Below, one piece after another: positions 27,501-39,631 of a DNA stretch of 64,000 bases. The notes below the pieces were generated by a model, which was given only the letters and a program-made list of their open reading frames with translations, was not told the DNA's origin and searched no databases. The stretch comes from Botryllus schlosseri (lineage: Eukaryota). A program made the position numbers and the translations under genes. Each line of letters begins with the position of its first letter. Positions within the stretch are counted from its first letter, which is position 1. The stretch spans positions 32,118,001 through 32,182,000 of the forward strand of contig CM119371.1 of NCBI GenBank assembly GCA_051294905.1. Direction: 5' to 3'.

Positions 27501-27800
27501 CTTTCCAATTCTCTACTAGTCGCCGACGATTACTCCTGCCGAGTGTCAGCAGAAAGTGTTGGGGTTTAGTTCAATATGAATATATGATGCAAATACCAGA
27601 TGCCATAATATAGGTTATGCATTATTGAATACTTTTACAATGACAGTCTGCACTAGTTCAGCTTCATAAAAAAGTCAGTGCTACTTACCAGTGGGAGGTA
27701 CTGCCCATATTCCGCCATAAACGAGCAAAGTAAGGGCTGTCGATAAAACACTCGTCCTTGTGTTAAATCCAAAACAATGGTTGTCCATAAAATCTCCCAT
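21576..27800 (-). CDS. Small secreted protein with three LDLa repeats, paralogue A (169 aa)
   Basis: Exons 27689-27800 ([43 protein letters not shown] donor), 24039-24182 ([38 protein letters not shown]) and 21576-21829 ([38 protein letters not shown]...[36 protein letters not shown]); AG/GT sites and phases are consistent, total 510 nt. Confidence 0.8.
22044..22756 (-). mobile_element. 5'-truncated CR1-group LINE, young family
   Basis: [12 protein letters not shown]...KFMYQF...[13 protein letters not shown]...FKSKYK; AATAAA plus (TGA)n tail; near-identical to 62053-62641. Confidence 0.9.
23460..23770. repeat. Degenerate minisatellite of about 42 bp
   Basis: Recurrent GCACCGAGCCTGT...CGCGATTGCTCAGGCCAGCG.TGATAT units. 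Confidence 0.7.
24395..25326. mobile_element. hAT-type MITE, same family as 19164-21095
   Basis: CAGTGTTGGGAT...ATCCCAACACTG; flanked by 5-bp direct repeat CTAAT. Confidence 0.85.
26302..27207. mobile_element. hAT-type MITE (CAGTGGCGTAGC family)
   Basis: CAGTGGCGTAGCAGC...GCTGCTACGCCAGTG; 8-bp TSD GCTCTGTG; partial relative at about 25690-25810. Confidence 0.85.
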
Positions 27801-30800
27801 TCAGATAAAAATGGGACTTGATTCCTTGCAGTCATAAAACGGCTCCGAGGAGGAATTTGATCGACAGGTTATTGGTAAACAACAGTGTCGTAATCCAGCA
27901 GGCAGTAGGAAGTTATTCCATTTCCAGTGACGAAACAATCATTGGCTGCATTCCAGTTAAAACAATGAGTTACAAATGTAAGCTGGAGTTCAATGCAAGA
28001 TTAACGCCTGTTACTACAACACAATTCCATGCAAAAGCCAGTAACATTTCATAACGAACTCATCCGAGCTGGAAAGATGCTAAAACATTTCCGGCCCGGT
28101 TTTTACTTACATTTCAGTTATAACACACAGAAACAAGAAAGCGACATCCTCTAGTTGTGTTGATTCCAATATGCAACATTCAAAGCCTTAGAAAAACCAT
28201 GTTGATTAGCAAAACTCATGGTATAATTCGCTATACTTAATACAAACATTGACACAAGCAGCTAGTAACACAACTCTTCACAACACTGACGTATTTTTAA
28301 ACCAGTAAAACTACAATTAGTTTATAATTATTATTGTCCATCGGCAATGTCTCTGCCAATTACCAGGGCTAGGCAAAATCCAGTACCTGAGTGATTCGAT
28401 TCTGAATCACGTATTATGTAAGGTTCACAGTCGCGTTCCATGTGCGAACCTCAGAAATTTGGGGGTACACGTTCAAAAACGAACCTTGGTAGGCTCATCA
28501 CTGTGAATCTGTTTGATATATTACAACTTTTCAAGTGATTATAACTTCTCTGGTTGAAATTCTTTGCATTTCGACTTCGGACCACTCTATACATGGTGCA
28601 GGCTGCTTAAAAACGCAACACTTAACGAACATGCACCTCCAACAATCACAAAAATTCTACTTGCTTTGTTACAAAAGATTGCTCGAAATATTCATCTTTC
28701 CGTTTGTATATATTTAGTGACTCTTTCTGCTGTGAGCTTGACCTGCAATCACACAACAACAAGAACTAAATTCAATGCATTCACAAGACAGGGGATAGGC
28801 ATGTTACTAAATTGGCATGGTTGAATACGTGAATGAAGTCATTGAGTGCTCTGTTCTCCTTCTTAGCCCCTTCATTAGGGTTGCATTTTTGTTTAAAACA
28901 TGTTTTAAACAGTTTTTCAAGCAGAGGCCTTTAAAAAAATTGTTTTGTTTTTTCAAGTTGTAAAATCATGCCATAATTTCCCAAAACATATTGTATGAGC
29001 CTACGGACAATTACCACTTAATATAGCCGACGTATACGATATGGCACGGTTGGAGCCCTCAAAATAGTAGGTTCAACAGCTATAGTAGGCTGCGTAGATA
29101 TTTTGTTAAAATAGCTATCGACCCAGCATTATAGCATGTTGGGTTGAACTTTTTCAACTATGGAATGGTGATTCCGAGCCGCGCATTATTGAACTGATGC
29201 AACATACTGCATTGCCTTGATTAGCATGGTCTTCATTTATCCCATGTTCTTTTATTGTTTTTGTTACGAGTAAAAACCATAAAAATCCAAATATTCATGA
29301 TTTGAATGATCGCTTCGTTTAAAATCGATTTTTTATGTTCATGGCGTTTCATTGTGGTCATTTTACACCAGACCGATATTCTTCATTTTTGATTCCGTGT
29401 TTGCCGAATCGTAGCACGGTCCACTTCTAGGCTTTTTATAGGACACCGCTCCCGCTTGTCACGTAGCGAGGAGCCTAGATAAACTTCCAATACTTAGATA
29501 GGAGCTCTTGAGTTGACAATCACAATCACAAGTCGATTAAAATCAAAACAAGATTTCCAGTGACTATTTCAAAATCAGCTTCTTTCAATTTCGGGAAACT
29601 AACTTTTAAGGTTTTTTTAAAGTGTGCTCCTTTCCTTTTTCCAAAATATGGTAACCCTAGATTTTAGGGAATAGACCTGCTAACCTAAATAAGCCCTGAC
29701 GTTGGAGTCCGTTGGTGTTGAAGTGTCTGCAACAGCACAAACTCGCCTGGTATAGTAGACAGCTGTCGACTACGTACGTAGGCCTGTACATTGTGACACC
29801 AGTGATTGAACCACTGAGCTCCGATGTAATTTTTGAGAGGAGTTGACAAATACACGCCTCAGAACTCCTGCTTCGAACTTTTAAAATATGAAATGGAGAA
29901 TTCGCATGGCTCCTTTGAAACAGCGATATCAAGTCGACTAATATCCCAAGTATCTAAATGAGAGGTCCCCTACCTTCGATATCCCAGCCCCAACTAGTCA
30001 TAAAACAGTGAATTCACGGAAATGTTGATTTATTAAATTGGTTGCAGAAGATCAAGAACGATTTTGAGGAAATGCAACAGTACGATTACGTCAGCACGAT
30101 AGTATGTAGAGGTGCGTCATTCTATTTCACAGATATTGCAATCGGAAATACGAAAATATATGCTTCACGAATGTTCGACTGTATTTGCAGAGCGCACAAG
30201 GTAACTCCGGTTATACCATCATAGCTACGTTCGGCTCGATTATGGTGTTCGAGGCAGGAATTTAAGAAAATATATTGCTCAAAAACTTTATGCATAACAG
30301 GAGAATATAAAATTATCGACAATCACATTGCTGTGCTGTGCATTATGTCGTACCATCTGAGTCCACGCCGGCATTATATTTGCAATGGTTTACGTTATTC
30401 GGCGCCAAATTCGCCTAAATCACAAAATGTCAGTCTTAAATGTGCTGAATAAAGGACATGTCATATAAAGCTATACGGAATTCGATTTCCTAATCTGAAA
30501 CCAACGTTGAAAATCTTTTAAAATTCGATAGATGCGAATATATATATTGACAGCAATGTATGATAAATGGATATTGCATAATCACAGATTCATCAGATTT
30601 TCAACTTTAACCTATTGCCAATCTAAAATATACATATTAAGGCTGGTAATCCAATCAATATTCGGTAATTGCAACTGTCGAATTTCTATTCCGAATTTGC
30701 TGTACACAGATTCATATAGTCCTACTTGCGAACAGGAATATATAAAAACTGAAATGTTACAGATGTAATTTAATGCTACAGAATCGAATATTTCATAGGC

Positions 30801-30906
30801 TGTAATTGTTGAACCCGAATGGCGTGTATTTTCCTGAACGAGGGATTATTTGCATATACACTCGAATAAACGAATAGCCTTTGGTTGACTCCGACCCATA
30901 CGGTAT

Positions 30907-31212
30907 ACACTGAAAGTATATGGGTGGTAAACAGGCGTGTTCACCAGATTTTCACCATAGCGTAGGGTGCAAATGAAGCCATCTGCACTTTCTGAAACGA
31001 TATTTCTCTTTCACACCCATTCCACATGAAAACAGAACCTGCTCTCTCCCTGCGACGTATCTTCAACTTCATAGTTGTTGGTGTGCTTGACTGGTTTCAC
31101 CCTTCAGAATGGGTGTAAAAGCAAAATATCGTACCAGACTGCGTCATTTACCTGATTTGCACCCCATATTATGGTTGGAATCGGGGAAAACACACGATTT
31201 TCGGTTTCAGTG
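30907..31212. mobile_element. Degenerate TA-flanked MITE with CACTGAAA...TTTCAGTG ends
   Basis: Terminal CACTGAAA/TTTCAGTG and internal inverted blocks (GGGTGCAAAT/ATTTGCACCC, ACACCCATTC/GAATGGGTGT). Confidence 0.5.
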
Positions 31213-31856
31213 TAGATATCGGACCATCATAGTCAACATTCGCATTTCCCCAAAAGAAATCGACCTTCAAAACTATGCCAGTTAGCAAAATGGTGTATTA
31301 GTACCACCCTAAAAGGCAGAATATTATTACCACCCTAAAGGTGCATTCTTACCATGCACCCTCTACGGTGGTTCGCTCGATTAAAGCCTATGGTCGAGGC
31401 CAGCGGAGCAGCTCTTTGCGATTTACAGATGTTGTCTAGTTTATTTGTGGAGACGGGTCGTTTTTAACGCCTTTTAGTTCTGCTTTTGGCTAAAACTCAC
31501 CGCTTGTGCGTTGAATTTGGAATGAATCGGTGCGATCGCATTGCGTTATAGCCAAAGGTCATTTCACACCGTTACAGGTAAAATTTAGAAGCCGCGCGCT
31601 TGAAAATACTTATGACAGGGCTATAGGCGCGATGATTCACACTCGCACACAAGCTTACACGGGAGAGGTTTGGAAAATATAGCTTGAGAAATCGAGATAG
31701 CTCAAGGTAAAACCATATGTAAAACACTACATGCTGTGGCAGGCTCGAAAAGGCCCCGATTGAGCGCCATTATAAATTAGACTGATTATAATAAATCAAA
31801 AAATCACATCCATTGACTCCGGCGATAATACCATCATAGCCAACGCCGATTTTGAA

Positions 31857-34800
31857 TCACTCCTCCTTTCGCCCATTGGCAGCCTGAGCGCCTTTGCCGC
31901 CGAAGATAGCTTCGGAATAAAACCTGGTTTTCTTTCGCAAGGTGTCGTGGTAGCGATCGAAAATGAGGGTGTTGAAGCCGAAATTGACGTGGAAGTACTT
32001 GTGGTGATCGTCGTGGAAACGCACGGGCGGCTGCCAAGGCCAGAACGCCACTAGGTCGATGCCTAAACGAATCAGATATGCATATGCAATTATGCATGTT
32101 CGGGAACAATATAATCAGACTGTACAGTGTACATGTACAAGTGTACATTGTACAAGCTAGCAATCCAGTTAATTTACGGTCAATTAACAACTGGTATTTT
32201 GAGCATAGTTCTAGTTGCGGATTTTAAAAAGGGAGTAGTTATAGTTCTAGTTCTAATTGCGCATTTCGAAAATAATTTAGTAGTAGCACAACGACAGCAA
32301 CAACAACAACAACAACTAGAAAACAAATCAGACAAATGGCCTATTGTGACGCCATCATCGCAATAATCCAAGAGATACTGCTGATTTACGGCACTTCACA
32401 ACTTACGCAGATTATTTATCGACGTTAGCGTTCAAAGAAGTACTTACCAGACCAGATTCAGTCGCAAAGCAAATGCAATGGCCCTACCTGAATGGTCGAT
32501 CATGCCGTAATAATAGCTGTACATGACGCACGCCAGAAAGCTTACGAAATGGACGGGCACGGTAAACATAGGGATCACCAGGGCGAACTGTAGGAAGATA
32601 AAACCTTAGTTATATGCTATCTTAACACACATACGTACAAGTTGGGCCTATAGAATCCTATGGCATGTATTATATATACGGCTTGTATTCAAAATAGCGA
32701 ATCATACAACATAGGCTACAATATAGCGAGTGTCATAATCAAAGGTAATGCCGTGAATTTCTACCGCTCTCCAAGACATGCCACAGCTACTTCAAGTGCA
32801 GTAAAAAAATGAATGGATTGAAAAGTGCACAGTTAAGTAGCGTTCTAAAAAGTAGATGCCATACTTGCAGAGTCAAAAATTCCGCTGGGTGCATAGCGAC
32901 GGCTCCAAACGCAGTTGGCGAGTAGTAGCGATGATGGATCTTATGGAACTTTTTGTAAAAGTACGGCCAGTGCAAAGTCCTGAGGTAGATATAGATACAA
33001 GGGGTATCAATTGAAATCGCGGGCAGGATCGCTTGCCGCATTGACCAGTCTAATGATATCAAAACCAATAAATACCTATGTTTTTGAAGGGGAAGCTTCA
33101 TTATACAAATATATTCTAACAAGACTTACAAATCTGACGGAATAACGGGTAATTTGAAAATGTTTTGTGGGAATACTGTTGTGTTGACTAAAAAAGGTCA
33201 TTTTTTCAAATCGACTCCCGAAAACCCCGCTTTAACATGAGATTTTGTTCATCCTTGCTGTCGCTGCTGTCGAAATAAATAGATGTACAGTTTTTTCGCG
33301 TCATTTGTAGCCTTTTTAGTTGGGTGCAGTCTCTAGTGTATACATACAGTCCCGTCGCCTATAGCAGTCAAAGCTATAGAGAACGAATTGCCAAAAAAGA
33401 GGAGATTCGGGCGTCCTCGGAGGACATTTTCGATTTCTTGAAAAAGGATAACGTGGTAAGACTGGTAACCCTACTATGTTTTTTTTGTTCGTGTTATTCA
33501 TCTGTTTGTCGACTGCCATGGTCAATTGGTCGCACCAGGCCTATTGTCTTCATTTTGATTCGGTATCTGCCGACTTGTAGCACGGCCCGCTTTCAAGACA
33601 CGGGATCAGGTGGTGAGGAGGAGCCTAGATAAACCCGCAACACATTGGTGCTGCAGCCGTGAATCATACCGCTGCGCTACAATATCATTGCGGATATAGC
33701 GAATCCTCGATTGACCTTGTGACGTTTGTCTATCGTAAAATTGTCAAACAACCGTAGTAAGGGCAATGCATTGTGCAATATGTACTCGCATAATGACATG
33801 CTAACGCTGTACATAGGTCAGTGTGAGTTTCGTAGATTGATGGTATTTGCAGGACATGCGGGCAAACAAATAAGGTCGCACGCTTGAAATAGACCCAGAA
33901 ATGTCAGCAAACACCTCACAATGCTCTGCGGCCACATAATCGCAATCGCGTGCGGAGATAAAATGGGTTGGTATTGGTATACGGATCTGAATCGTACCAG
34001 GAGTGGTCAATAAAGAAGTTATTTTAATTTTCATCGTACTGGATTGTGGCTTTGTTTACTTTCATGGCTTACCCAAGTGGATAAACAATAGCACTAACAA
34101 ATTACTTTTTTAAATTATGGATTTTGTAAAGTAGAAAATATAGTTTGCGTCACATTTACATGTGGAAATATCACGACAATCGACCAATATAGCTTCTGTA
34201 TCAACGTACAACTGACGAATGGATGTATTTTCGAAAATTATACATCTCTTTACATTGTCATCAGTCATTTTGTGTTAGCCACAATCACGCATTTTTTTTT
34301 TCAATATAGAATAGAATTAGAATTCTACCTAAACTTATTTTTTCAAATTAGATCAGAATTAGGATAATAGCTAGTCTCTTTCAAATTAGACGAGAAATAA
34401 AATCACCGAATTCGCGAAAATTTGGAAATTTAATCAAGTCGAGTTCGTACCAAATCAAAGCCCATTCTTATAAGCATGAAAGCGGCAAATGTCTGTACGG
34501 CAAGCTTGGCTCGTTTCCCACTATACAGTTCTTCTGCAGCATTTTCAGAAAAACTCGAAATTAGATTACAATTAAAATTAGAGCATGGAAACATTTCACA
34601 AATTAGATTAGAATTAGATTACCGGCATTTCCTTCTGATTAGCCTAGAAATATCTAGTTGCCCAAGTCTGTTCCCAATTGGTATATTTACTCAAATGGTT
34701 ATGAATTTATACTCCTTCAACTTCACTTTAAATTGTTAAGTTAGTAGGCAAAGATATAGATGTAGAATACTAATTTCACGTATACTTCTACTTCTAGTAG

Positions 34801-37800
34801 AGTACGAACGATGACTATACTTTGACCAGCTTTGGTCGTGGGCTATATAGACTATGCAACCCCGGTTTATAAAAATATATATATACAGTGTTTGAGTGAA
34901 CAAAAGGCACCCGTTCCACATCAAAATTCGGGTTTCCTACGTTATCGCATCCGTTTTTTACGTCTCAATAGTTAGTTAGTAACATTCCCCACCTGTGAAT
35001 GTAATAAGCTGACGCGTCTTGGAACAAAAACGTCAAGACGGTGGTAACGATCAGGTACGTCCATCCGTAATCAGCCACGTTGAAATACAGCGTCGTGATG
35101 TCGGATCCGTTCAGCACCAAGGTGGCCAACACCCCGGACAATGAAGCGCCCAAGAATAGGTTGAAGGCACCAAGGAGCACCTCTTGGCGGTGCAGCTAAG
35201 AGACAGGAGGCACAGAACTTCAACACAAGGCCACCGAGTCACAAGTCAATCACACTTTTATAGTTTTGACTCGAGTCAGGTCGAGTCATTTTCAATTCAC
35301 CACCGAGTCAAGTCCGAGTCCAAGTCAGTGAGTAGGCCTACATAGTTGAGTGCGAGTCATCGTATTATGACTCCACTTAGAGTCTTGTTAAACCCACTTT
35401 TTATAACTCTGTTCGGTGATATCGAATGGTTCGCATTTATAATATACTAATTTTCTTCATTTTTAGCCGTTTCTGGTCGCATTTTCAAGTACCAGTACCG
35501 ATAGACGAAATATGAATGGTGCTGTTATTTTGCTATTCTTCGAAATTACAATGAAATGTTGGTCTTATCCGTATGAGTCTCGATTCATATGACTTGGTTG
35601 GAGTCATGAGCAATGACTGGAGTCCAAGTCGAGTCAATACACAGACTGACTCGAGTCGAATCGAATCATTCCCGTATTTTGAGAAAATGACTCGCGTCAA
35701 GTCGAGTCATCAGAAAATCGTGACTCGAGTCGAGTCATGAAACGAGTCATTACAACCATGCTTCAACATGCCATCATATAAACATATATTTTCGGCTGAC
35801 ACTCGTTAGGAGTAATAGTGATATACAATGTTTTTCCAATTCTCAACTAGTTGCTGACGATTATTTTTTTAGGGGCCTGGAGGAACCGCAGTAAACCTCT
35901 CGCCGAAACGCTTGTGACAGTGCTACGCGTATTGCACCACAGCACGGCGTCACAAGCGCCGTAATAGGGTCCTTTGTGTCGTAGGACACAAAGCAGCCAT
36001 CTCGGTTGCTTCAAACGTTTCTACCTGTTCCCCTTCTGTTTCAATGTACAAACGGCTGGCACAAGCAGGCTTTGAAAGGGGGCGTCTGCGGCCACTGATC
36101 CCTTTCGCCACTATGCTTGCGCCTGGGATAACTGGTGCTCGAAGAGCAGGCGCAGTTGCTGACGATTACCCTAACGAGCGTCAGCCGAAAACATTCGGGT
36201 TCATTTCAATATGAACAATGAACATATTATGATTAGAGTCGAATATAATATTCAAAGTATGTATTATTACGACACTTGACTAGAGTATATATTACTTGAT
36301 AAAATTTGGCGCCGCATCAACCCAGCATATACTTGAGTTCGACGATTCGGTTTTCGAATCATCTGATTCTATATTATAAACAAGTGATTCGATTCGGAAA
36401 TAGGTTTCGCATCAAATCGGCCATGGCATGAATTGATCCGCCGTTTTCATTATCTATGTCACTATGTAAGATACATGGTGTCAGCGGGCGGGCAAGATAG
36501 TGTAATAACTTACATGTGTAGTGAGAAATCTGTTCGGTTGGCATTTCCAAGAAGATGGTGAATCTTTTTTTTGGATGTAATAGTGCCTGTAAAGCACATG
36601 TGTATGTGATAAAATGACTAGGAACTAGGAAGCGTGTGTTGTTTTACCACGCATTTTGCAAAACGGAAAATAAATGTACCATTACACTATATGTATATTT
36701 GTATCTAGTACTAAATACTCTCTTCCAAATGACCGTTAGACTACGTAAATTATATTCAGATTTACCAAGAAATCGGAAGCTGGTCATAAACCATGTTTCG
36801 TGGAGCTATAGGTAGTCTACTGCACCCGATTGTCTGTATCTTGTCTATTTCATGCATGTCAGTAAAACATTGTACATTTTTCGGGTATAGGAAGCTTGGG
36901 TCGTGAGACCTTCAGGGAACTCAGTTATGGGTCGCGTCGGGGCCTACGATATCGAATGCCCCGGTCGCGCTCTAAAATGTTTGAGAGCTATTACTGACTC
37001 AGCGGCTAATAAATCATATTAGCATGAATTGTAGAGGCGCGTATGACACCAATGGTTAGCGACGAGGTTGCACAATGGTTTGATTGTGACGTAAAAGCAA
37101 ATGATGTCACAATGTTCAAAAATTTGCCCACTGGTGATACAGATACGGTCTCATTTCAAACTTTATGTTGTCTTCGAATATGCCAGAGATATATTTTTCA
37201 AATTTCACGTTCACGGTGGCAAAATCAATATAGAAGAATAGGGAATCATCCTGATTACTTTTGTAAGCATAATCTAAATTTTGATGCAGTCCTAATTGTA
37301 ATCGCACTTTTCGGAAGCAATCATAGTCGTATCGTCCCATGCCCGAAATCGAATGGAATCAATTGTGCTCATTATGTGGCTAAGAGAACGATTAGCGAGA
37401 TTATTTGCTCGCAGCCTATCTATTTTGCAACGCGTGTGTATAAGCCTACCTAAAATTAGCCTACTTATCTTGAAAGGTTATCTGAATACCTTCACGAAAG
37501 CCGTTTATTAAAATAGGCGCGTGGCAAAAGAAATGGGGGATTGTGCGTAACTCTACCAGAGGTTCTAAACCAGTGGTTCTCAAACTTTTCAAGACACGCC
37601 GCCTTTATGATAGTGAAAAAAATTCGCGCCCATTGCCCCATTCATATGATTTGTGATAACGAGGGCTGGGCAAAATCGAGTACCGGAGTGATTCGATTCT
37701 GAATCACGTAATATGCTCCGAGTCGAGTCGAGTAATCGAGTATCACTCATTATGGCGTCATAACAGAATGTAATATGTCAAAGTTCAAATATGTACCGTT

Positions 37801-39631
37801 TATGCGACCACTAAGAATATAATGCCTGTTATCCATCTCATAAAAGATACTTTGGTATTTTTTAGACCATACCGATTTCATTGCACTTGGTGACGATGCT
37901 GTGGGATAATCAGCACTTCGGAAATGTGCTACTTCCAGCAACCTTCGTAGCTTTGTATCATATGTTTCTTACGCTACGATACCGCCATTCAAGGTTCCGT
38001 GGCTTCAACAGTGAAAATTAGTATCTAAACTATAATTCTCGTTGATAAATTAACTTTCAGTGGTGAGAAGCGTAAAATTTCAGTACTCGTTAAAATCGTA
38101 TTTTACTACTCGACTCGAATCATTGGAATTATTACTCGATTCAGATTCGTGTACTCGAATCATTGTGCCCAGCCCTAGTGATAACACGCCCGTCATGGCC
38201 TACATGGCCTACAAGGTACAACTGTTATCTGCGGGTACTCGGTTCTCTATGTCATTTGTCATGCTACATGCCCGTAAAAATGAAGCGTACCAATATTAAT
38301 AATGTGTTCTTTTTGATGTGTGAGGATTGGGTCGCGAGATGCCATTAAATCTCAGATTTGGGTCGCGGTCTAAAACGTCTAAGAAAGTTACAGCCTCGCA
38401 TATATAGACTATATGTTATAAATGCACAAGATAGAATATTCAATCAGAGAAATGTGTGTATTTTGGGCAGTTATCCGGGGCCATGCGTCATGTCTCGTCG
38501 TGATTGGGAACCGATAATGAAGCGGGTGCCTCTTGACTGGAATTGTTGACTTGTCGGATGCGTCAAACGTCTGAGCGCAGTGCGTATTGTTTGCGTTTTC
38601 AGTAAGCTTGCTATAATCCCGGGGTCAGCTAATCGGTAAATGATTTTTTTGATCACATAAACTCAATATTGCTCGAATCCCGCATATCGATTCTTGCGTT
38701 ATATTTTATAGAACTTCAATCACATCGTCCTACCAGGACCAAAGACAATTGTTAATCTCGGTAACGGTGTGAAACAGCGGATCATTGATCGCCGAGCGTA
38801 GCCCCCAGGCAAAAATATACATTGATACGGGCAAAATAAAATGTCAGCAATTATGCAACACCAAATGCTGTCGTAATCTATAAAATCCAACACATTTGCT
38901 GGTGGCAATTTCTTAGAAGTGCCCAGTAACAAAAGATGGTCAGTAACAAAATAGTTGCATACATTCACTGAGAATTCGAGTGAAGTGTTAAGTTCTAAAT
39001 TTAGTAAGTAATTTAGAAAGTAGTATCTTTACAAAATTGCACCATCGCCACCTTGCAAATCGGCACAGTTACTTGCCAACGAAGATAGAGCGCCAAGGCA
39101 ACGTAATGCAGTTTCGAAATCGCGTCTAAATAATAGTATACATACACGTTTGTGTTAAAGATGAATGTGATGACACAACAAATGTATAATTGCTTATTTG
39201 CGACTTGCGTACGCTTACCATTGTAAGAATCCACCAAGGCCGAAAAAGATCACGTACGAAAACAGTATAGCGCTCGCCACGATATAGTGGACGTTATCCA
39301 AGCGATAATGATGTAACAATCCATCCAAACCGGTTGTCATGGCGTCGCGGCCTGCACTTATGTTTTTCGTGGCTTCTTCGGTTGCGTTGCCAACTTTTTT
39401 GAGAAATGACGGCGTGGTAATCCCAAAATCGTCCCATTTAAGCCACGCCAGGACCGCGTAAAGAAATACATCTCCACGCGACGCAGCTCCTAGCAATGCA
39501 ACGATGAGAGGACTGACTACAAATGCTAGCAGAGCACGGGGCGAGGTCACAACTGAGAGGATGCCTTTGATAGGAAGTTTCCTCAGCTGGTACAATTCCT
39601 CATGTTCTTCAACCTTGCAGCCTCCAGTCAT
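31857..39631 (-). CDS. Sterol desaturase / fatty acid hydroxylase superfamily protein (lathosterol oxidase / ERG3-like), 369 aa
   Basis: Six GT-AG exons with matching phases: 39219-39631, 36514-36586, 34993-35195, 32865-32979, 32488-32587, 31857-32062 (1110 nt). His boxes HRTLH, HKIHH, DHSG, HDDHH plus WKCQP, HPAEF, NFG and hydrophobic TM segments. Confidence 0.92.
35226..35760. mobile_element. hAT-type MITE (GACTC/GAGTC arrays), intronic; same family as 42345-42911 in opposite orientation
   Basis: 8-bp TSD CTTCAACA; internal AAACCCACTTTTTATAACTCTG shared with 42345-42911. Confidence 0.85.
35864..36153 (-). mobile_element. 290-bp GC-rich structured retroposon (non-LTR 3' end or SINE-like)
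   Basis: 15-bp TSD AGTTGCTGACGATTA (35849-35863/36154-36168), A7 tail on the minus strand, several hairpins. Confidence 0.75.
37661..38177. mobile_element. hAT-type MITE (TAGGGCTGGGCA family), nested in a Charlie-like remnant starting about 37572
   Basis: (G)AGGGCTGGGCA...TGCCCAGCCCTA; 8-bp TSD GTGATAAC. Confidence 0.9.

Noticed and set aside
29685..29746. Possible small minus-strand exon (RVCAVADTSTPTDSNVRAYL) upstream of LDLa gene A
   Set aside because: A better ATG/signal-peptide exon conserved in both paralogues exists at 27689-27800; no other support.
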